Below are positions 51,631 to 61,299 of a stretch of 64,000 nt of DNA, piece by piece. The DNA is from Histomonas meleagridis 2922-C6/04-290x (taxonomy: Eukaryota; Protista; Parabasalia): contig JAANOX010000128.1 in the NCBI GenBank assembly GCA_020184695.1, forward strand, positions 124,001 through 188,000, given 5' to 3'. Below the pieces are notes generated by a model that worked only from the letters and a program-made list of their open reading frames with translations, made no database searches and was not told where the DNA came from. A program made the translations under genes and the position numbers. Position 1 is the stretch's first letter, and each line of letters starts with the position of its first letter.

Positions 51631-54237
51631 TTAACGACTTTTAATGTCATGGATCAATTTCATTGCATCCTTAGCATATTTACTTTTTGATCTTATAATT
51701 TTTGTTAAATATTTTTTTACATTATCACTATTTAATAGCATATTATAATTTGTTGTATATTCAAGTGGCAAAGAACTTGCGTCTTTAATGAAGTTTAATA
51801 TCATTGATACCAAATAATCCTCATGGAACAATTCGTAATATAATTTAGAAGTCTGGAATAAGGAGAACAACATTTTAACATTATTCTTATCTTGAAAGAA
51901 TTCAACATCTTTAGCAGCGTGGCTTAACTTAAATATCGAACCCGATAAATATAACAACGCTTGCGCCAATTGACTATACTCCATTACATCTCCACTTGAA
52001 TCAGCATCATACGTAATATTTAAATACACATTAAGTATATTCATTGCTATTCCTCTATATTGGATTACTTCAGCATAATTCGAATTCCGAATGATATCAG
52101 CGAAACTTGAAATAGGTTCAATTTTATGTATTATTGTTAATATATCTGATGTAATGTTGGACACTAATAATTCCACAAATTGTGGCGTGAATTGTGACAT
52201 TAAAGTTGGTACTGATCGATATAAATCACCAATAACAAGTGAACTAGCTGATATTAAGGAAGGCGATTGACTTTGTTGTGATTGAAATAATAAAGGAATA
52301 AGTTGTTGGAAATAATTCGATGAATTATCTCGTGAAAATTGGATAACAAATCCTAACGGATCAAATATTTTCTCCCCAAATCGATCATGGAATGTAATAC
52401 ATAAATTATATAATTGATAAAAGAATTTATCACTAATATCAGTTGGGATATCACGTGCAAATCGTATAGAAAAAAGCCCATTTTTTAACAAATTAATTAA
52501 TGTATGTTGATATATTAATAAATGATGGTCATCAATGTTTGTAAATGTTGTAGTGTTAATAAGTTTATCTAAAATTAAAAAGCATGACTGAATTTTATTT
52601 TGTAATAAAGAAATTAGTGGTGAATTCTGGAATAAAAGACGAAATGCTTTACATGCAATATTCATGAATTTAGGCTCAAAGATATCAGGGCGATCGAAAA
52701 GTTGGAAAAGAATCGTAAAAAAGTTTTGAAATGATTTTTCTAATGGTGAATAATAAATGTTCTTATATCGTGAAATATAACGTGATATGATGTAACATCC
52801 ACTTCGTGCTCGAATTGTTTCAAGTGATAAAAGTTGTTGAACAAATTTACCGAGTTCTTCAAGTTCTTGATCATTATCATCTATAAGCTTATGATACTTA
52901 ATTAAATCGCCAAATAATAGTGCTGCTGATTCACTTACTTTAAGATGCGGATCTGCTAATGATACATTCGCAATTTCGCCAGCTTTTTGACGGAATAATT
53001 GGCCCAAATTATCATTATCACATTTGGCAATAAATCGCATTGATGTAAACGCAGAATAACGATCTTCCCATTGTTGTGATTGATAGAATTGGATAAAAAA
53101 GTTACAGATTGGTTCTAATAATACTTCAGGCGCTGTTTTACAAAACTCCCGAAGTGCTTCACTTGCAAAAATGCCAATCGATTGGAAATCTTCATCATTG
53201 TTTACATCAATATGTGAAATTAATGTCAAAATGAATGGATTTAATTTTGTGACCATAAATTTCGTGACATGTTTGTTTTCAATGCCTGAAATCTCAACAC
53301 ACTCCCTTTCAATTTTTGACACTTTTTTGATAAACTGCAGAAACATTTGAGTGCGCCATTGTGGGTATTGGGGATTTAAATCATTACAAAAACAATCAAA
53401 AATAATATCCATAGGAGAAGGACAAATAAATGCATACATAGTCTTGATGTATTGGGTAGTTAAGGTATATATTGATTCATGAAGTTGAATATCTGGAATT
53501 GGAAAATTATTTAAAATGCAGGTAACAATTTGTTTGTTAACTTCTTCAAAACCACTTAGAACAAGAGTCCCATAGGACGTCCGAATGGCGTTGTATAAGA
53601 TATCAACAGTAAGCTTTTTGTAAATTGGAGTACTGTTAGAAGATAAGATATTAAAGCAGATAGAAAATACCATGTCACGAGTTTGAAGATAAGTACCGGT
53701 TCTTTTAGTGTGATTAACTAATGGTGGGCGACATGATATTTTGAAAAATTCATTGAGAGTAGTAAGTGCTCCTAAGGGAGCATATTCACCATATTCACCC
53801 TTTGTAATTAGTGAGTAAAGAACATCAAAGAAATCTGGCCATAATTTTCTTGTAATTTCAATTTGTTCAATGGTTGCAATTAAATTTGCACAGTTACTTC
53901 TCATCACCTCATTTTCAAACATTAAACCACGAACAAGTGCTTGTTTTATTTGCATTCTTTGCTCATCTGGAAGAAATTCTGATAACCAGATATTTGATAT
54001 GAATAATAAATTCGTTTTTGTTGGTTTTAATAAATTTTTAATTAAAACTGTTGCCATTAATGCAAGATTTTGTGTGACATTTTCAGTTAAAAGAATTCTT
54101 GCTAAATAAATCAAATATTTGATTTGATTTGAATTCTTGAAAGCAAGAACTTGGACTAATGCTTCTTGTACGTTTTCGGATTGCTGAGCACTAATTATTG
54201 TTATAAGCTGAACAAATTGATTAAATTCATCTTCCAT
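51631..54237 (-). CDS. Importin-beta family karyopherin (KPNB1-like, divergent)
   Basis: 868-aa HEAT protein with an IBN_N-like start (LALMATVLIKNLLK...W...RMQIKQALVRGL), WPDFFDVL and QWEDRYSA blocks. Confidence 0.75.
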   Translation of the reverse strand: MEDEFNQFVQLITIISAQQSENVQEALVQVLAFKNSNQIKYLIYLARILLTENVTQNLALMATVLIKNLLKPTKTNLLFISNIWLSEFLPDEQRMQIKQALVRGLMFENEVMRSNCANLIATIEQIEITRKLWPDFFDVLYSLITKGEYGEYAPLGALTTLNEFFKISCRPPLVNHTKRTGTYLQTRDMVFSICFNILSSNSTPIYKKLTVDILYNAIRTSYGTLVLSGFEEVNKQIVTCILNNFPIPDIQLHESIYTLTTQYIKTMYAFICPSPMDIIFDCFCNDLNPQYPQWRTQMFLQFIKKVSKIERECVEISGIENKHVTKFMVTKLNPFILTLISHIDVNNDEDFQSIGIFASEALREFCKTAPEVLLEPICNFFIQFYQSQQWEDRYSAFTSMRFIAKCDNDNLGQLFRQKAGEIANVSLADPHLKVSESAALLFGDLIKYHKLIDDNDQELEELGKFVQQLLSLETIRARSGCYIISRYISRYKNIYYSPLEKSFQNFFTILFQLFDRPDIFEPKFMNIACKAFRLLFQNSPLISLLQNKIQSCFLILDKLINTTTFTNIDDHHLLIYQHTLINLLKNGLFSIRFARDIPTDISDKFFYQLYNLCITFHDRFGEKIFDPLGFVIQFSRDNSSNYFQQLIPLLFQSQQSQSPSLISASSLVIGDLYRSVPTLMSQFTPQFVELLVSNITSDILTIIHKIEPISSFADIIRNSNYAEVIQYRGIAMNILNVYLNITYDADSSGDVMEYSQLAQALLYLSGSIFKLSHAAKDVEFFQDKNNVKMLFSLFQTSKLYYELFHEDYLVSMILNFIKDASSLPLEYTTNYNMLLNSDNVKKYLTKIIRSKSKYAKDAMKLIHDIKSR

Positions 54238-54324
54238 TTGGTCGTATGAAATGTCAAATAAAAAAGTCCGTCTTTCAAACTTTCTAAACGTTCTTTGTAA
54301 ACGTCTTCAAAAATATTTTAATAA

Positions 54325-54588
54325 ATGGAAGACGAAGTTCAACAATTGCTTCAAGAAATTCGAAACGAACATGGAACTATCATGGCTCATCCAATGATGT
54401 ATGTAAGTGCATTACATAATCCAGATGGTAGTTATCCTGTTGATCAAACTGATGAGTTCTTTGTTCAAAATGGAATTAAATTTTTAGACCCACCACAAAT
54501 AAATCCCGATCCACCAGAGTCTTCCTTTATCTATTCAGTTACTATTGATACTGCAGGTTCATTTAATCACTCAATTATACCCAAGTAA
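54325..54588 (+). CDS. Small hypothetical protein (87 aa)
   Basis: ATG in an A-rich context, protein-like codon usage, divergent from importin-beta across an 87-bp gap. Confidence 0.55.
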   Translation: MEDEVQQLLQEIRNEHGTIMAHPMMYVSALHNPDGSYPVDQTDEFFVQNGIKFLDPPQINPDPPESSFIYSVTIDTAGSFNHSIIPK

Positions 54589-54756
54589 AATGTTAATATT
54601 TTTAATTTTAGAAAAGCTCTTTCTTTTTAAGCATTTTGTTAAAAATGATATACCATACAAATATAAATTTCTTCCTGAATGGTGATTTTAAAAAATTGGT
54701 GAATGATTGTGGTCGCTATTTAACGTACGATAGGAAAGTGACACACCAAGTTCCAC

Positions 54757-55527
54757 ATGGAAAAAGGAACCGAAAACAAACTTACAACAGAAGCAATTGA
54801 TAGATACTCTATGTTTTTAGCTGCTGGATATGAAGATGGAACGATTGTTATGAACCTTCTTAGTGATGGAAATATTATTAAGTCAACATACTTATTCGGT
54901 CATAAGAGCCCAATTTCAGGATTAGAATTTTCCACCTCTGATGGAACTATTAGGTTGGCATCTTCAAGCTATAATTCTGTGATTGTATGGGTTCTAACAA
55001 AAGGAAAATGGAAATATCAAAAAGAATTAGAGTTTGATGAAGAATGTACATCGATTTCATTTTCTCCAGATGGTGGCAGGGTTGCAATTAGTTTTAGAAA
55101 CGGTAAAATCGAAATTCGAGAAGCATTTAATGATTTTGATATCGTAAAAGTTATCAATGCCAATGCAGATGAAGTGTCTTGCGTTTCTTTCGTTCCTGGG
55201 GAAAGTGACATTTTGTGCGCTACTTCTAATGGAAGTTTAATGAAACATAATCTCGATGGAAAATTAATAATGGAGAAGCAAATCAAAGCTCTTCCAATCA
55301 TTTGGGCCCAACCATCAGGTGATGGAAGTATTGCAGCTGTTTGTGATGACTCAACGATTATTGTTTTTGATCCAAATGAGCAAATGTTCGAAATTCCATT
55401 TTCAAAAAAATCAAAACCATTAAAATGTGGATGGAATAACATAACAAACTCACTGCTCATAATAGATGATAAAGGGTTAAAATCTATATTTATGCAATTT
55501 CCAAATGGAAGTTGGAAATGTATTTAA
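54757..55527 (+). CDS. Sec13/Seh1-like WD40 protein, divergent
   Basis: GHKSPISGLEFS...RLASSS...IVW...GKWKYQ and C-terminal CGWNNITNSLLI...FPNGSWKCI resemble Sec13 blades. Confidence 0.65.
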   Translation: MEKGTENKLTTEAIDRYSMFLAAGYEDGTIVMNLLSDGNIIKSTYLFGHKSPISGLEFSTSDGTIRLASSSYNSVIVWVLTKGKWKYQKELEFDEECTSISFSPDGGRVAISFRNGKIEIREAFNDFDIVKVINANADEVSCVSFVPGESDILCATSNGSLMKHNLDGKLIMEKQIKALPIIWAQPSGDGSIAAVCDDSTIIVFDPNEQMFEIPFSKKSKPLKCGWNNITNSLLIIDDKGLKSIFMQFPNGSWKCI

Positions 55528-55801
55528 AATAAAATTTATATATCTTAAACTCTTTAAATTTGCATAATCGTTATAAAATATAATTTTATTTATTCTTTAT
55601 CTGAAGTTCTATTGATGCTATTATGTTTATTTTTGAAAAAAAAATATTTTTATTACATGTTTAAAGATAACAATTTGCGAATTGTTTTCAGAAGTCCTGG
55701 ATAAAATAATGAAATCATTTGAAACAAAAAACTCCTCAAATATTATGGCTCGTGAATCATTTTTTGAAAATAAACGAACGAAAAATTAACGTCCTTCAAT
55801 C

Positions 55802-56659
55802 ATGACAGACGAATTCACAAGACAAGTAATCAAAATGGTAATAGCGAAATCAGCCCAGTCACAAGGATTTGGATCTATTTCCGAAGTAGCTCTAGAAATT
55901 TTCGCTGATGTTGTGATTGAACGTTTATCAAATTATGCAAGATTTTCGGCAGTTATAACCACTCACTGCGGGAGAACAGATACAAATGGATATGATGTAT
56001 TTTCTGGCTTGAACAAATTTCGTGAAACTCCTGAATCACTTGCCAATTATTTAAATTCCATGCATACAATTCCACCCTTTGAATACATAGTTGACCCATA
56101 TCCAGTTTCCACAATGCCCAAATTTTATTTTCATTTTAGTAATTTTCGAATTCCAAAATATCCTTTTCGTGCTAACTATACTGAAATCCCTGTGCTTGGT
56201 CCAACGCCAGAAGGACTCACATATATACCACCATTTTTTCCTCCTCCACCTGACCAAAGTATTAAGGTGAATCCAGAAAATCGAGATAAGCAACCAATTG
56301 ACAATCAAATGATGGGTCATTTTATGGAAAACAAACAGACTCCGCTCCAAAGGTCGTTATACAGCTTGATTACAGGTCAAGAAAATGAACAAACATTAGT
56401 CAACATTGATTGCGAACTTACCAAACTTGTATCAAATGAACTGGTGGCAAACCCCAATGAGCTCCTTGATTCATCACTGTATTCTATAGAGAGGTTTCAG
56501 AATGTTACTAATGATCCTGAAATGCTTCCAATCAAAAGCATCACAGAAAATGACAAAGAGAACAAAACAGTGTTAGCGATTGTGCGCGGACAATGCGATA
56601 AAGCAGTAATTAAAAGTTCATCAGAACAAAGAATCAATAGTGAAGATGAAAGCGAATGA
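55802..56659 (+). CDS. TAF8-like protein (bromodomain-associated histone fold + TAF8-C)
   Basis: N-terminal histone fold (VIAKSAQSQGFGSISEVALEIFADV...HCGRTDTNGYDV) and YIPPFFPPPP resembling the TAF8 C-terminal motif. Confidence 0.7.
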   Translation: MTDEFTRQVIKMVIAKSAQSQGFGSISEVALEIFADVVIERLSNYARFSAVITTHCGRTDTNGYDVFSGLNKFRETPESLANYLNSMHTIPPFEYIVDPYPVSTMPKFYFHFSNFRIPKYPFRANYTEIPVLGPTPEGLTYIPPFFPPPPDQSIKVNPENRDKQPIDNQMMGHFMENKQTPLQRSLYSLITGQENEQTLVNIDCELTKLVSNELVANPNELLDSSLYSIERFQNVTNDPEMLPIKSITENDKENKTVLAIVRGQCDKAVIKSSSEQRINSEDESE

Positions 56660-56992
56660 GTTTATGTATGTATATTATTTTTCAAGTAATAAAATATAGA
56701 GGTGAAATAAATGTTATAACGTATGATAGTAGAACTTGTTATTCATTACGTAATTTAAATAATGGCAAAAGTAAATGTATAAATTTATGTGCAATTCCTT
56801 CATCACCATTGAAGTGCTATCGTTAAAAACAAGGGTTGAGTAAACTATTCAAAAGCGGATTGCAAATGAAAACTTGAGAATTTTCTTTTTTAGGAAATAT
56901 TATCAATCAGGAAAAAAATTACTTACATGTGATTTCATTGTGTTTATAAGATGTGTGTGGAATTTAAGAATAATTAGTCATTTATTAATAAT

Positions 56993-57349
56993 TTATCCTA
57001 ATCTGGGGATATAGCCACCGCCTAATGAAGATAAGCTTTTTTGGGCGCTATTACACATAAAGCTCCATATACAACTATGGCAATTTCCAGTGCATTGCTG
57101 TGTTTGGGCCGGATTGGTTTGTGCTGAATATGTTGGTGTAGTAATTGTTGTATCATCAAATCCTTTTTTTTCAAAGAGATTATTTGAAAATCCTCCAAAA
57201 TCTTGGGAAAACATTGATTTGTTTGAACGCACATTATTATTTAGATTAAGATTAAAGAACACTCCTGGATCATTAACATCAGCGTTGACTGTAAAGTTTC
57301 CATCAACCACATTGAGGTCATCTTCTGGTTGGTAGTCTGAATTAATCAT
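56993..57349 (-). CDS. Small hypothetical protein with C-terminal Cys cluster (CTGNCHSCIWSFMC)
   Basis: 118-aa ORF with an acidic low-complexity N-terminus and a four-Cys motif. Confidence 0.6.
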   Translation of the reverse strand: MINSDYQPEDDLNVVDGNFTVNADVNDPGVFFNLNLNNNVRSNKSMFSQDFGGFSNNLFEKKGFDDTTITTPTYSAQTNPAQTQQCTGNCHSCIWSFMCNSAQKSLSSLGGGYIPRLG

Positions 57350-57470
57350 ATTAAAAACTAAAATAACCGAAAATTATAGTTGTCCATTTTCATCGTCCAA
57401 ATAATCAAAAGTGTCATGTGTCCATTCAAGACCGTTTATTTCATCAGTGTACGTTAACATATAAACCCTA

Positions 57471-58556
57471 ATGTCAACTCCTATAAATCGCAAAAGAACT
57501 CCTAAAAGAAGTTCTTCTGTATCTCATAATATGTCATCATCGTCTTTCAGATATTCTACCACAACACCTATTTCTTATCGATCAAATGATATCGATCAAA
57601 AATATCAAAAACTTAAGACTTCATATCAAAATAATCTTAAAGAGCTTGCTGAATATCAATCAATCAATGCTAAGTTAAGAAGTGAAAATCAAAAACTTTC
57701 AAAACTTGTTATTGAACATAAAAAGAAAATCATATTTCTTAATACAAATAATACCAAACTCAAAGATGAACTTCAAGCCGTAAATGCCTATAAAATGCAA
57801 GAAGTTGAAAATTACAAAAAAGAAAAAGAGACTGTACAAATTTTAGAAGAGCAAAATCAAAGTCTTCAAGACGACTTAAACAAAAGTATCCAAATATTAT
57901 CAAAAGTCCAAGTTGCCATGGAACAATTAAAAACGAAATATTTGTCAAAAAAACAGAAATTAGATGAGTTCGATTCTTCAATTCAAACACACCAAAGTAT
58001 TATTCAACAAGTTTCTAATGCACTCCAAGTTATGAGAAATGATAATGAAAACTTTCGGAAATCTATTAAAAAGAACCAAATTGGCCAATCAGAAACTCTC
58101 CAAAACTTAAATAAGTTTACAAAACAAATCGATCAAATTGATGAAATTTTACATAATACCAAAGTACATAATGTTCCTACTCGGCAACGAAAGCAACGAA
58201 CTAAAGAACGAATCACGTGGCAAATACAAAGTCCAAATCAAAGAAGCAAAGAACAAAACAATGAAAACGACATATTAAAGGAAATACTAAAGACTATCAA
58301 AAACGAAAACGATAGAAATAATATAAACATCAAAGATATTCCAAAAGTAATATCGGAAATGAAGAAAAATGGAACAATTGAAGCGCAGAAATATAAAGCG
58401 AAAAATAAAGCATTGAAAATGAGAATAGACGAACTGGAAAGAATGAGCTCAAATAATCTGTCAGAACTTGCTTTCCAATATGATGCTTATGAATTGCTGA
58501 ATGACGAATATAAGAAGTCCCTTGAATTGATTAACGAGCTTAAAAACGAAGCATGA
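57471..58556 (+). CDS. Coiled-coil hypothetical protein
   Basis: 361-aa ORF with a Ser-rich basic N-terminus and long heptad pattern. Confidence 0.7.
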   Translation: MSTPINRKRTPKRSSSVSHNMSSSSFRYSTTTPISYRSNDIDQKYQKLKTSYQNNLKELAEYQSINAKLRSENQKLSKLVIEHKKKIIFLNTNNTKLKDELQAVNAYKMQEVENYKKEKETVQILEEQNQSLQDDLNKSIQILSKVQVAMEQLKTKYLSKKQKLDEFDSSIQTHQSIIQQVSNALQVMRNDNENFRKSIKKNQIGQSETLQNLNKFTKQIDQIDEILHNTKVHNVPTRQRKQRTKERITWQIQSPNQRSKEQNNENDILKEILKTIKNENDRNNINIKDIPKVISEMKKNGTIEAQKYKAKNKALKMRIDELERMSSNNLSELAFQYDAYELLNDEYKKSLELINELKNEA

Positions 58557-58661
58557 ATGTATGTTTATTAATAAACTAAGTTTATGATAAATCATTCGGT
58601 TTGTTCTTAAAATATTTTTATCGTTTGTAAATTATTGAAAACCATTAATTTTTGTAAGCAA

Positions 58662-61048
58662 ATGGAAGAAACAAAGTTTTTAAAGATTCACCTTATCCAT
58701 GAGATAAAAAAAACTATTTTCCAACTTGAACAAAACAATATCAATTTAATTGTACAATTCACTATGCAATACTTTGATAAAGAATTAATGAATTCATTTA
58801 ATCTTATTATTTGTCAATGTATTTATTCAGCTTTTGTTTCAAAAAGAAATGAAATTTCAACTTACTTTCTTTACTTAAGAGAGATTGCAAAAATTGAAGA
58901 AGAAATTGTTAAACAAAATATCCATTTTTTAATACATTTGAACAATATCTTTTAAAATTTGATACATATGAATCTGATTATATTCTTGCTCAAATGTTAG
59001 AAGAAAATTTAATTCAATTTGACTTTTATCACAAAAAGAAATCGAAACATTATTTTGCACACTATATGACTGATTCTCAATTCCAGCATTTATTGAAGAT
59101 ATATGGTTCTTGGACGATTGATAAAAATCTTTGCTTTGATAGTAAACATCTTACATCTTCACATAAACAACTTGTGCATGCTGGAGTAAATCCAAATGAA
59201 ATTGCAAAAATAATTAGAAATGATGACATTGAAAATCTTCAAAAAATCGCATCACAAGAAGATTTTGATTTTAATCAAATTATTGAACCAACAATTTATG
59301 AAAGATATTCTTTTATTAATCATTGGAATGTATCACTTATTTGTTTTGCTGCATTTTTTGGATCGATTAAATGCTTTAAATTTTTAATGTTAAATGGCGC
59401 TGATTTAAAAAGAGCAGGAAAATATGCAATTGCTGGTGGGAACACAGAAATATTTCATATTTGTGAACAAAATCATTCAACTTTTCCAGGATCTTATATT
59501 ACAGCTATTGAATTCCACAGAAATAAAATTTTTCATTACCTTTATGAAAATAAGTTTAATGGATTAAATAATATAAATGAATTGATACAAAAATGTATAA
59601 AATGTGGTAATTTTGAGATTTTTTCATTTTTGGTAAAAGAAATGAAAATTGATGATGATATTATTAAGGTAATATTTAGATATGAAAATGTTTTCCTTAT
59701 AAAAGATTTACATATAACAAAAATCCCCAAAGATATATTAGTTTATATGGATTTTGTAAACATTGATCTCGTAAAATATTTTCTAGAATATAAAGAAATT
59801 GATATTAATGCGAAAGATATTTATTTGTTTTGTTTTATATTTATTTTAATAATTTTATATTTCAAAATAATATTTGGAAATTATTTAAAATATTTAATAC
59901 AGCACTTATGAAAGCATTTTCAAATGGTCATACAGAAATCGTTGAATTACTTCTTGAACAAGAAGAAATTCATGTTAATGCTAAAGATATTTATTTGTTT
60001 TATTTAAATATTATTTTAATAATTTAATATTAAAGTAATATTTGAAAATTATTTAAATTATTTCAAACAGCACTTATTTTGGCATCTAAAAATGGTCATA
60101 CAGAAATAGTCAAATTACTTCTTGTAAAAGAAGGAATTGATGTTAATGCTAAAGATATTTTTTCGTTTTATTTCGAATTTATTTTAATAATTTTATATTT
60201 CAAAATAATATTTGGAAATTATTTAAATTATTTGATACAGCACTTATTTGGGCATGTATAAAGGGTCATACAGAAATTGTTAAATTACTTCTTGAGCAAG
60301 AAGGAATTGATATTAATGCTAAAAATATTTATTTGTTTTATTTAATCTGAGTTAAATTAATTTCCAATTTCAAAATTAGATTTGGAAATTATTAAAATTA
60401 TTTGAAACAGCACTTACGTATGCATCTAGAAATGGTTATATAGAAATAGTTAAGTTACTTCTTAAAAAAGAAGGAATTGATGTTAATGCTAAAAATATTT
60501 ATTTGTTTTATTTCGATTTTATTTTAATAATTTTATGATATTTCAAAATAATATTTGGAAATTATTTAAATTATTTTATACAGCACTTATTTTGGCATCT
60601 AAAAATGGTCATACAGAAATAGTCAAATTACTTCTTGAGCAAGAAGGAATTGATATTAGTGTTAAAGATATTTATTCGTTTTATTTCGAATTTATTTTAA
60701 TAATTTTATGATATTTCAAAATAATATTTGAAAATTATTTAAACTATTTGAAACAGCACTTATTTATGCATCTAGAGAAGGTCATACAGAAATAGTTAAA
60801 TTACTTCTTAAACAAGAAGAAATTGATGTTAATGCTAAAAATATTTATTTGTTTTATTTGATATTTGTTTTAATAAATTAAAATTTCAAAATAATGTTTG
60901 GAAATTATTTAAATTAATTTGTAATGCACTTATGATCGCATCTTCACCAATATTCCAATCTTTAAAAGAAAGCAATTACTTGTACTCAAGAATAAATAAA
61001 GAAAAAAATACTAACATTAAATTTGATTTAATAAATATACAAAAATAA
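58662..61048 (+). CDS. DUF3447-like/ankyrin repeat gene, interrupted by one frameshift (T6 at 58925-58930) and seven AT-rich spacers; either spliced or pseudogenic
   Basis: ORFs 58662-58955 and 58928-59911 join with +1 T. Trichomonad ankyrin-family motifs are present (IIRNDDIENLQ, SLICFAAFFGSIKCFKFLMLN, AIAGGNTEIFHI). Six TALxxAxxxGHTEIVKLLL..EGIDxNAKD modules follow, then a terminal NALMIASS...QK* ending at 61048. Confidence 0.7.
59819..60922 (+). repeat. ~170-bp tandem array: 90-bp ankyrin modules alternating with 78-83-bp AT-rich spacers
   Basis: Spacers 59819-59898 (80), 59989-60066 (78), 60157-60236 (80), 60327-60406 (80), 60497-60579 (83), 60670-60752 (83), 60843-60922 (80). Modules start at 59899, 60067, 60237, 60407, 60580 and 60753, each exactly 90 bp. 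Confidence 0.95.
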
Positions 61049-61099
61049 ATTGAAATCAGCTCTAGAAGAATATCACCTTTTCAAAGGAGGAGTTATCAC

Positions 61100-61260
61100 T
61101 TTGTTCAAATGCAAAAAAGAATATGAATCAAATAATGATTGGAAACTTCACGAATAAAGAATTCACCCAATGAACTAATGCAAACGACTTCTAACAGTAA
61201 AAAAAATCGCAAAGCATCAACAAAAACAAATTTTGATTTTAATCAAAACAAATTAAATTC
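61100..61260 (+). pseudogene. Decayed fragment of another DUF3447-like gene
   Basis: GCATCAACAAAAACAAATTTTGATTTTAATCAAA and AATTCACCCAATGAACTAATGCAAA resemble 59180-59280 (VNPNEIAK...IASQEDFDFNQ); frames are broken. Confidence 0.35.
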
Positions 61261-61299
61261 TTATATTTAAACAAAAAGCTTCTTCCATACTAAAAGACT

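Noticed and set aside
42230-55527. Functional clustering of TOR, Atg18 and Sec13/Seh1-like genes (and Furry, PP6-like, Spg1)
   Set aside because: The genes are interspersed with unrelated ones, and such proximity is expected by chance in a dense genome without synteny evidence.
59819-60922. CRISPR-like repeat-spacer array
   Set aside because: Both alternating units are homologous across the array, the units are far longer than CRISPR repeats, one unit encodes ankyrin, the host is a eukaryote and no cas genes are present.
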